In this document: positions 13,136 through 24,300 of the stretch, piece by piece
Layout: each line of letters opens with the position of its first letter
How positions within the stretch are numbered: the stretch's first letter is position 1
Assembly (NCBI GenBank): GCA_051294905.1
Contig: CM119371.1
Coordinates: forward strand, 40,984,001-41,048,000
Source of the DNA: Botryllus schlosseri
Taxonomy: Eukaryota
DNA length: 64,000 nucleotides
Reading direction: 5' to 3'
The notes under the pieces: generated by a model
The model's input: the letters and a program-made list of their open reading frames with translations, nothing else
Told to the model about the DNA's origin: nothing
The model's database searches: none
Made by a program: the position numbers and the translations under genes

Positions 13136-13522
13136 GGTCATAATTATGAATGTAGACTAGGGCTGTTGAAACAACCTATTTTTTTCAAATCTTGCAGGTT
13201 TCAATACAATATCCATTGTAAAATAATATTTACTGAACTCTAAGACTTTTCGGGTGCCTCTTTTCAAGAGTTGACGGCACACCTACACACACACACATCT
13301 TGCAGGTTGCCTAAAAACAAAACACGACAAATTTGAATCCATTCCAACTGGTAAAATTTTGAATTTTTTATAAAAATATTTGATTTTTTTTTCAATTTTA
13401 CAGGCACCCCATGAAATTGACACGATGCAAAACTATACCGCACAGATATATAATCACAATCCATGCACCAAAAAGTTGATAACTGCATCCAGTTATTCGA
13501 AGGAAATAAAGGTCACACTGCA

Positions 13523-15688
13523 TTAATCATTCAGCAGCAATTCGTGCATCGCATTAACGACCGTCCTTCTGAATTCCCATTTTTTCTGTGTCGACAATGA
13601 CTTCAGGGCAGCGCTAAAGCTCAGCAGGAACATCTCGTCAGGGTCTGCGTTCTTGGCGAGAATAGGTTCTGTCACATTGTTCATAGCACCGACAAGTTGG
13701 CTGATATCATCCTCGTCTGCAACCCTTTTCCGTTTTTTTGCTTTTCCGGGCAGCGTGAAGATAGGACTGTTATCTGTTGATTCTGAAAATTGCATCGCAT
13801 GTAATTTAGGCATCATCAAACATACCGGGACCGGTGCCCGTTTATTTTTTACCAACCATTTGATAAATGTGAAGTCAAGCTCTTTGAACCTTCTCCAGTC
13901 TTCTGCTGAAAATCAGCTGCAGTGCCACTATTGAGAACAGGAGTCAGAACTGTTTCTCCGCTGGCGTCGAAGAAACCTGAATCAGTGCTGCTGAACCGTG
14001 GTGTAGATTGACCTTCACCAACGTCAAAATTCGATGTGGATCTGAATGGAGCCATTTAGGTGTAACTGCAATGTCATGAATAGGCCGATTTTTTTGGCAT
14101 GTCAAAATCATAGTGTTAGGTCAAAAAATTGATGACAAAGTCGTATCGTAGAGATGTTTGCACTGTCGGTGAACTTATCATTTGACATTTTACAGCTTGT
14201 AGCCTAGCTTACTTTATAAGCCTACCGTTATAGACGGCCCATTACCTACTCATTGTGAATCATAAACGGTCAAATTAAACAAATAGGCTGACTGAAGTAA
14301 ATAAATAGGTTGACTGAAACAAATAGGCTAACTGAAGGAAGACTGCGTGGGCAGTGGCCATTGGTTCTTATATCAAGAAGCGCATGATAAAAAATTGTGG
14401 GGACAACATTATCAGAATCAGAATTATCAGTGTACGTACAACTTCAGTATCGCTAGCCAACAACTGCTGCCGTCTTGGCAAGCTACTTGTAAAGACACTT
14501 TCTACCCGAGAATGTAGGAGTGTATCTTTTGTTACTCTACAACAGATATTAAATATGCTACCATAATGCGCGATGTAACAATTGGAATTTTTCATAGGTC
14601 CACATAGGTCGGTTTTCAAGACAAAAAAGATTTTTCAGGCCAACCTACTTCGCAAGGACAGACAGCTCCTAATTTACATACACAAGCCCAAAATTTGGTC
14701 AAAATCTTCCCACTTTTAGGTCCTAGTTGTGAATATTCAAAGATTCACAGCTTACTTTCGACTTTTTGTAAATGGTTCCAGGAATGACATTGTCGACAGC
14801 AAAGCCCACGTAGGTCTTCCATTTCGCCTTGCTCCAGACTCTGCCTCGATTTCTTTCTTCCTCTCTCGCCTGTATTTGTCTCTCAGGTTCTCCCATTTCT
14901 TACGGCACCTTGTCACTAAAAATATATCATTCAATACACCACAAGACCGCGATACAATGACAAGATGGACTTGGAGTATAGTCTTCCGGAATCAGACACC
15001 CACCTGGCCTAGGCTACGTAAATAGGAGGCATGCACACTGAATGAAAAGTAAAAAAAGATAATATAAAAGGACAGGCGACAAAATCAGGTGGCATGTGTC
15101 GGAAGGCGAGATAGAAATTTCAGGTCTTGGGAGGGCTGAGGCTGACTAGTGGCAAGTAATAATTCAGTAGAAATTGTTGGTATTTCGACTTGAATGTGGT
15201 CTGTGGACATGCTCGACGACTATATGATAGATAAACTGCATTCCCGGCATATTTGATAGAGCGATAGCGATGGTCTTTTACGTCGACCATGCAGCATTCA
15301 TTTTTGTCGCTTGCTTTTATGCTATCCTTTTTCACCACTTTCATGATATCCTTTTTATCCAATGCATCTTAATTTACATGCTGTAGGCCAAGGTGGGTGT
15401 CTACTTCATTAAAAGTCGACTCAAGTCGTTTCGGCACCCGCCTATCTCTTCATTATATCGCAATCTTGTGATGTGTTGATTTGATGAAAATTTTATAAAA
15501 TGATGATCATGAACAGTATTGCAATTGCACTGACACATACTAATAAATGCCTTACCGGGGAAGCCCATTAACCATGAGACTTTTTTCCACGCGTTTTCTC
15601 TTATGGCTGCATTTGAATAGTTGAGGTCATTCCAATCATACAAACAACGGTATTGCTTAACAGCCAATACAAGACTCTCGTCGTCCAT
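13523..15688 (-). CDS. MADF-BESS DNA-binding protein, copy 2 (245 aa); Harbinger ORF2-like
   Basis: Exons 15688-15556, 14915-14756, 14041-13857, 13782-13523 (738 nt; same intron positions and phases as copy 1; GT-AG). [47 protein letters not shown]-like DPDEMFLLSFSAALKSLSTQKKWEFR. Confidence 0.85.
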
Positions 15689-15894
15689 TTCGCGCGCTCG
15701 AATGAATGTCACTGACTGACTGACATGTTTGATGATCCGCTAGATAGCGCAAAAACGACAGTCGCGGTCGCGTTGATTCATCAAGGGAGAGAGATACGAT
15801 ATTCTTTTTCGCATGCACCATCGAGATGCTTTGACGACGGAGTTGCGATACGGCCCTGAGTTCATCAAGTCTGCGTCCCCGTTTTTTTCTCCTC

Positions 15895-16008
15895 CATGCT
15901 ATCCGTGATTGCTGCGGATACCAATTTTCGAGTCTTTGGTATAACCGGGGATCGAACCCACAACCTACCGATCGAGAAGCCGGACGCATAACCATTACAC
16001 TATCTCGC
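15895..16008 (-). mobile_element. tRNA-derived SINE head
   Basis: Minus strand reads GCGAGATAGTGTAATGGTT (A box)..GGTTCGATCCCC (B box), followed by non-tRNA ATACCAAAGACTCGAAAATTGGTATCC. No proper acceptor stem. 3' extent uncertain. Confidence 0.7.
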
Positions 16009-18120
16009 AAGGTAATGGAGCCACCCCGAAATAGCCTTCAAAGTCTGAAAATCAGCATTGTTCTAACTAAACAATCGCAACGACGCAGCACAATGACCGT
16101 AACAATTTTTATCAGTTCAATTCACCACAAAGACTGCTATACCATGCAAAGATAGGACGGCAAACGACTTAATGTGAGTAGTCTTTGAAATCAGACACCC
16201 ACCTGGGCCTATAGGCGATTTAAATAAGATACGTGCACACTGGATGGAGAGAAATAAGAGATAACATAAAACAACTTGTGATGAAAATGAGTGACGCATG
16301 TGTAGATAAGCGAGGCTCATATACGTCAGGTCGTGTTATTGTAATCTTGAGGGCTAACTGGTAGGCCTACTGGTCCAAAATCAAGTCAGGGAACAACGTA
16401 TCGAGTCCAAGTCACATTTTTGAAACTCTCGGGTCATATCAAAGGCCTTGCATTCACATTATACTCATTTTCTGGTTCCCAAATGAGCAATAGCAAGGGG
16501 ATGTTCAAAAATAACTTTTTTTCCGGATTCCATCCATTCGCACTGATTAAATTGTCAAGGTTACACTAAAACGCTGCACGTCAAGTTTCGTTCAATTCTA
16601 ACAAGAATACGCCGCCGCAGAGCCAATTTGAATTTTTGATTTATTATGAGAAATTAAAAAAAAAAATCACATTTTTCTGTCAACGCGATAAAATTGTTGA
16701 GTTGTCTTCAAAAACGATGCAAAACAAATTTGACTCAATTCCGACCCGTAGAGGCGGAGTTCTTTATAATTTTTCATAATAAATTAAAAATTAATCATAA
16801 CCAGTGGTTTTCATCCGCTAATGGCATATTCTACTCTGTACAAGCCAGACTCGGATAAAATTTACAAATTACATTCGTCAGAGGTAGCGCGTGAGCACTG
16901 TGCAGTAGGGCTGTTCAAAAATAACTTTATTTCCGGATTCCAGCCATTCACTGATTAAATTGTCAGGTTACCACAACAAAGCCTGCATACCAAATTCGGT
17001 TCAATTCTAACAAGTCTAAGCTTCCGCAGAGCCAATTAATTTTTATAATTTATTACATAAATTTTGAAAAAAAATTACAAATTTTTGAAGAATTCTCAAA
17101 AATCGGTGAATTTTTCCCACTTTGTGATCGGTTGACTAAAAAAATCAACTTTTCGCTCAGAGCTCAAAATAACCTTTTCTTCTCCACTTTTCTAGGTGGT
17201 TGACTAAAAAAAGGTCAACTTTCCACTCCGAAATACCCGCCGGAGCTTCACTTCTGTGCTAATTTACGGCATATCACTCGCATTTTGCTCTAAATGTGAC
17301 CTAAATTTTCAAAAAAAGAGGACAAAATCTCAAAAAAGAGGACAAAAGTGCGTCATCCGAGGACACTTTCAAAGAAGTCAAAAAAGAGGACAAATCTTCT
17401 TAAAAGAGGACGTATGGTAACCCTACCGATAATGCAATAAGTATTCTCGCTTCGACGAACTTACGCGTAAGCTTCACCCTCCCTCGCTGCGCATACATGT
17501 GCATAGACAAACAGTCACTAAAATTTGACGTATGTAAGCAAGTAGTGGGGAATCTCGGACGACTGGGGCCGCGCGCCGCACTATCATGTAAAACGGAAAA
17601 CTGTCCGCGGGTCGGACAAAATCCCTTCGCGGACCGGATCCGGCCCGCGGGCCGTATATTGTTCGCCCCTGTACTAAACCCTATGAATTGATATCTTGGT
17701 GAATTTGGGGTACCGGGCTTATCGAACGCCTTGAAATCTTAATTGAGAATCGCACCGTGTGTTGCTTGATCAGAGATAAGCAGACGGTGGCGCCTGTATG
17801 ACAAATCCACATTGTCTTCGTCATTATTGGCGAGAAATGGCTTTGAAGCTACATTGCTATCGTTAAAATAGATTCATTAAATGCGATGCATTCCTTGTAT
17901 ACGTGAATGAATGGGCGAATAATGTATCGATTCAGCAATCAGGCCCGCCAAGTTCTTAGTTTTCCTATATCCGGCCCGCCGACTGGAGAAGTTGCCCGCC
18001 CCTGGATTAGGTAGTGCGTTTAAGCAAACCTTACTTAATTACCTCGAAATAGTAAAAGTCCTTCGTTATTTAGACCGTCTCTGATAATAAGTAGAGTAGG
18101 CTTACGAATATAATTGTCAG

Positions 18121-18235
18121 GTTTGCTGGTGCACGCATAGCCAATTCCAAATCGCCGACAGCCCGGACGAGGTACACTTGAGTATGATCGCGAAGCTGAA
18201 ATATTGTCGAGCAAATCAGAATGGCCAAGCTGTGA
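18121..18235 (+). pseudogene. Duplicated, frameshifted copy of the last ACAD coding exon (the following 3' UTR is also duplicated, to about 18800)
   Basis: Aligns to 11126-11234 including the TGTCAG acceptor and the terminal ATGGCCAAGCTGTGA. Carries +5 and +1 nt insertions, and the shifted frame hits TGA before the frame is restored. Confidence 0.9.
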
Positions 18236-19473
18236 ATTTTCTTCGATCGAAATTGATACCTTAATTCTATCGTTTATCTATATAGGTTATGATGTTAGTT
18301 GGTTAGCGCCCAAAATACTGTTTTTTGCTTCACTTTATCAGGTCGTTGACTAAAAATAAGGTCAGCTTTATTATTTCAGTTCCCGGAATACCCGTCTGAG
18401 CGTTCGTTCAGTGCTATATGGTGCCTCGGGGTAGAGATTTGCTCCGTGTTTAACCAAAATTCTCAAAAAAGAGGGCCTTTAGGGGTCCTCGGAGGACATT
18501 TTCAAAAACCCGAAAACGGAGGACAAATCCTCCTAAAGGAGGACGTATATGGTAACCCTATAGCTACTAAATATGCCTTTTTATCGTGATAAGTCGGTCG
18601 GTAATTCGTCCGAAATGGTAAAATGACTTAGGGAATCGCGTTCAATGTTACTACCGCCATTGTTTATTTACGCTCTAATTCTTGTATTATTCATAAATTT
18701 AGCAATGCAATGCAATAACGTTCGTAATATTTTAAATTTATTATTAATGCGCGGCAGATATTAATATCCATTGATTCTTCGTGTAGGCTAATCTTGGAAT
18801 TGGCTATATAGGGTACGAGATAAGATGAGCAACGAGCATATCATTTGTAGAACTCGGTTTGTCTGCCTTGGCGACTTGTATTCTATCCCTTGTATGCCTA
18901 CCATAGGTCTTATAACTGCATAGTGCATATGCTTCAGAAAGTTGCGATTCCATTACTTTCGATTTCGACACGGAGGTTTCACTTTTGTATTAGTGAGGTT
19001 GTGCATTTGGAAGTTTGTCAAATAGTGGTCGTAGTGAGGGTGAGGGTAAAAATTAGTTAGGGTAAAAATTGTTGAGGATTGGCGTTCAGAAATTCACCGG
19101 TACGGGTGACGCATATACGGAGACCCCGTTGTTTTGCACATCAATAAATTTGCCGAGATGGGGTGATAAACTTCCTAGCGCGCAGTAGCCTATAATCATC
19201 CGAATTCGTCGAATATGTTGGCTATTAACATTTGGTTGTTATCATAATCAGCGGTTTTCAATTTCTTCCGCTAATAGCATACTATGGTACAATTGTACAT
19301 TGCACAATGTACAATCGTACAATAGTCGGATAAAATTTACAAATTACATTTGTCAGAGGTAGCGGGTGAGGACTGAGCAGTGAGCAGCCTATGCTACGAC
19401 CCTACGACGCAATGTATATCTGAATTTCACGCCTTTAAATAGTCTGGCACAAGTATGAGAATAGAATATATGT

Positions 19474-19884
19474 TAGGGTTATCATACGTCCTCTTTTAAG
19501 AGGATTTGTCCTCTTTTTGACTTTTTTGAAAGTGTCCTCGGAGGACGTCCTTTTGTCCTCTTTTTTGAAAATCAGATTTAGAACAAATTGCGAGTGATAT
19601 CCCGTAAATTAGCACAGAAGTGACGCTCCGGCGGGTATTTCGGAGTGAAAAACAGTGATTTTAGCTCTGAGCGAAAAGTTGACCTTTTTTTAGTCATCCA
19701 CCTAGCAATGTGGAGAGAAAAACGGTATTTTGAGCTCTGAGCGGAAAGATGACCTTTTTTTATAGTCAACCGATCACAAAGTGGGAAAAATTAACCGTTT
19801 TTTGAGTAATCTTCTCCGCATTTGCAAGTCTCAAATTTCTGAAAAAGTGTCTTCTTCTTCGATTTCCAAAATATTGTAAGCCTA
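19474..19884. mobile_element. hAT MITE family D
   Basis: TAGGGTTATCATA..TATTGTAAGCCTA with 8-bp TSD ATATATGT (19466-19473 / 19885-19892). Confidence 0.85.
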
Positions 19885-21372
19885 ATATATGTACCACCAA
19901 AACAACCTAGCCTGAAGCGTACTTGACTACGTGAATTGCAGTGGTAAAGCGATATCGTACGATAGTGTGATCGGTTTCTCGATTAGGCCTATATGCCAGG
20001 CAGTCAATATAATTCGGCTCGGGACACGTTAACGGCCTGCAGAGTTCTCGAACTTTCGTCTCCCATCGTATTGAGAACAGCTCAAATCTATTCACTCTGA
20101 TCAATACCCGATATATCTCGTGACTGCGTAACTTGACGTGTCTCATAGCCTTATTACACCATTCTCGGCATCGATCTACGCTGAGATCACGCCATATTGA
20201 GTTTAGTGTCTAGCTGTGGGATATATCGCCGCTATCGTTACAAAAAAACGGCTAAACCTATCGACATTATAGTTACTGGAGACCGATGAGAATGTTTAAA
20301 TATCGCGTGAACCTATATAGAAGTTCTTAGTTACGCTTATGTGGATTTATCATGGTTTTAACCAAGAGCTCTGTGAATTAGATGTTACTAAAAGCAGAAG
20401 TGGTAGCTCAGCCTACAGAATGTTTTCATTCAAGCAGGAAGGCCTTACGCTGTGTCCTTGGAAGCTATATGATTATTTCTATATACAACTGGCCTACGTA
20501 TGTTATAGTTATCGATATTATTTTATCCATCTCATCAGTCATCGGTAGAATGTTTTGGAAGCCATTGTTGTTGCCTCGACAGTGACTAATCAAAAATTAT
20601 GACCATTCGCTTCGCGAATAGCTGTGCTAGATGTTATGCTTCTGACGTTATGAGCCTGTTAAACTCTTGTTGCGAGTTAGATTAGGATTAGTTGTTTTGG
20701 CAGTGTTGCCAGTTGGCGCAACTAGATCATAATGAAAATTTGTTCTCAGCACATTAGATCAGGAAGCACATAGGTGTGTGTGTATTACATCCGAATGACC
20801 CGATGAATTACGTTATCTTGCATTACATTGAATTATTAGGTCGCCAGTCACGTTATATGCTGCCTGGCCATGGCAATAGCCAGTTGTAATGTCAACTACC
20901 ATTCGCCATTTAAGCTACGGTACTAGGCATGCTTCCTTTCCTGTGAACTCAGGTCGAGTATAAAATGGTAATAAAGCAAATATATAATCCCCAATGCCAC
21001 TAAGAATGTCCATGGAAAAGTTTGTATTGTTCGCATTGCTGTCACTTTTGACATAGAATTGTAGACTTTTACAGATTCAACTTGGCATTCCTATGCATAG
21101 AAAATGAATTTTACTTGCAGCCTTATTTCAGCATAGTTCGACTCTTGAAACTTTTCCTCTTATATAGGCCTAGGCTATATAATATATACTATTTCAGTCT
21201 GTTGGCACGCGAGGCCTTCGCGCAGTTGACAACTGAGGTTGAAGCTTTGTAGCTGCTTCCATATCTGTTTCTGTATAGCTGCTGTATGCCTAATTCCGGT
21301 ATTATAATAATTCGAAATTGTTCTTGGTTTTAGAAATTTCCTACACTATAGTGTTGACGTAAAACATAAAAT

Positions 21373-24300
21373 ATGGATTCCTTTATGGGAAACAGACCGA
21401 TTCGTCTGTCTGCGTTGACAAATTTCTCTCAACTGTAAGTTTTGTTACTGGTAAATTTTCTATTGATCGTGATATTGATTACCTATGGCTATACAGTAAG
21501 CTAACTAGCTATCAAGACAGTGTCTTGACCCCTTAAGTATGCGTTTATGACTTTGAATGCTCATATAATTCTTCAAATTTTAACTGCCTGTTCAATGTTC
21601 AAGTTTTGAAGTAAGGCCTATGGGCTATGGTTTTGTTTTAAAAGGCGTATGATTGACTGAAAAGTGTTACTTTTGGATCACACAGCCAGCATATTTCATA
21701 GTCCTTCTTTTTCTGATTGTGTTCTGGACTATTGAGTGTATTGATTTTTGTGGGCATACCTTTAATTGAAAAAAAGTAGGTCCCATGTCTTCCACCTGTA
21801 CTTGATTGTCAAGGGATTTAAATCATACCTTGAGTCTAGATTGGATTTATTGGAGATTTACAACAACCAATTTCAGCATCACTCCATAAAGGAATTGAAC
21901 CCCTCTAATGATTTGCTTGTTACACTGCTGTCCTATGAAAAATCAATAGTTTTGATGCATATCCAGATGATTTTATGCATTCAGACTTAGCCTACACTGC
22001 TGAACATAATGAAATTGAGGATAGTGTGCCATACTTAGTTTGATTTTGAATTTGAAAATGCAAATTTTGTACTAAACCTCGTATTTTCCTTGACTGTTGC
22101 ATTTTTTCAGCACTGCATCGACAAAGAATCATTTGAAAAATGTCTACACTTGTTTGATGATGTCTATGTTCAGCGCGGCGGCTGGAGCATGGCTGAATTT
22201 GAATATGGCTTTCGGACAGGTATGCACCGGTATTGTCAACGGGCATATTGCCAGAAAGTAGGCCTAATGAGCATATTTCTGTAAGATTGTTGATTTGGCA
22301 GACTTAATCATAAATACTCGCAGTCATTTTAGTTTTGTGTATGCTTTGATTGGTAACTATTACTTCGATTAAATATACAATAAATGATATATATTAACAT
22401 GAACCTGAATATTTTTGACTCACAGACGTCAGAGGTAATTGTCAACAACTAGTAGAGAATTGAAAAGAACATTGTATATCAACAATCGTACCAGCAAACA
22501 TCACATCACCGTCATGAAAATTCCAATAATCGAGACTAACAAGATGGCTCAAGCTCAATGTAGACCAACTATATATTTTTTTTCATTAGGCCTATATACG
22601 TACTCCTGGTGGCAATAAATAGGTTAGCTTAGTTTGATCAAAGTCGACTCCAACGAAAGAGTGAGAGGAATCGAGTTGTGAAAATTAAGTGTTTCGGTTC
22701 CAAGAGGCCATGATGGAATTGATTAGGAATGATTTACAATTTTAGTCAAATTCCCAACGTCCAGAGACACCAAGCACTATAAATCTAATATTTAGGCCTT
22801 CTGGGGAACGACATTCTGCGTGACCATATTCATTGAAATTTTCTGAATGCAAGTGCAGAGGCATAATGTGGTCAGAAATCTGGTTGATCCAGTCAAGGAA
22901 AACAGTGATGTATTTTACAACACCCAAAGGCTACGATTCCTCAATAATTTAATAAGATGTAGGTATTTTAGATGATGTAGGCCTACAATCTATATTTATA
23001 TTCTACTATAAATGTTGAGATGATTTGTTGCCTTTGCGCTTTCATTGAACTGTATGTGACAAAGTAACAGATTGTCTCTATCCTGTGTCAACTTCAATAC
23101 TTTCAAGATGTTATGTCAAATTAGCGGTAGCTTCGATGTAACGTTTTGGTTTCTCTGTAACCTAGTCTCATCCTGTTTCCTGGTTTTGTCTTGATCGTGG
23201 GTTGTGTAACAGGTAATGTTCTAGATTTCGGATTTACAAATTGTTAGCACTAGTGGTTTAAAATACGATTTAATCACAATGATACACCTTGGTCCATGCA
23301 CAGAAAATGTGTTTTCTAATTTACTTGACCTCAAAATGGAGCCTACTGAATAATTCTTGTCTGTTGACAAATAATGCTGAAAGCATTTTTGTATCCTTTT
23401 TGCTATGTTTGTAGCCTATATCTGTTAGTTGAAATTCCTCTCCCTCTCACTGGTCTAAAGATACCTATAAACCTATCTATTAAGGTCTCACACAGTAAAG
23501 TATTAGAAGAGCTTCTGAGAGGTACAGAACTTCAACATACAATTGAATAATATATTCATATTGAAATGAACTCGATTATTTTCGGCTGACACTCGTCAGG
23601 GGTGAGGGTGATCAACATCAACTGGTAGAGAATTGGGAATAAAGATTGTATGTCAAAATATTTAATGAGGCGATTGTTGAGAAACGATGTTCTTTTGAAA
23701 TCTCTACTAGTTGCTGACGATTCACTACTGAAAAGTGTCAGCTGGAAATTTTCGGGTTTCTTTCTATAAGAATATATTCTTTCATACAGTATTAAAATAA
23801 CCAATTACCGTAGTGATATTCGGGGTTAGTGAATATCTTGAATTTACAACTAACTTCATATCGGATTTTAAAGACTCTTTTAAAGCATTTCAATAGCACA
23901 AACTAATGCCCAAAAGCTCACTTGTGCAGAATAAGATAATATAGCAGATTATCCACCTATAATGAAAATTGTGTTGAAAATATCACGTCACGTTTTTAAG
24001 ATAACAAAAGCAAGGTAGACAAGGACTGTTGATCCCATGTTTCGCAAATAGGACAAATCCTACATCTTTACTGATTGCAGTCCTTCAATCTCAGCAGATG
24101 AGCCATTTTTTACAGTTGAATGATGTATTTATATTCATCATCAAAAGATTCTCAAACTGACTGTAATTAGGGCCTCGCCATAAAAACACTAGGTACCGAC
24201 CACACATGTAGAATGTAGATGCATATTCAACTGCACGTCACTATCGATATAACCTATCGAATGTAGGGGCCATGGATTTACGGAATTGACTATTGCAACT

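Noticed and set aside
11600..15800. Intact Harbinger element boundaries (TIRs with TWA TSD)
   Set aside because: No convincing terminal inverted repeats found around either transposase/MADF pair.
15940..16008. tRNA gene on the minus strand
   Set aside because: A and B boxes are present, but the acceptor and anticodon stems do not close properly and it runs into SINE-like body sequence.
18140..18202. Compensating +5/+1 frameshifts suggesting a functional variant exon
   Set aside because: A TGA occurs in the shifted frame before the frame is restored.
20133..20142. TGACGTG UPR-element-like motif upstream of BI-1
   Set aside because: Imperfect short match, and the transcription start is unknown; expected by chance.
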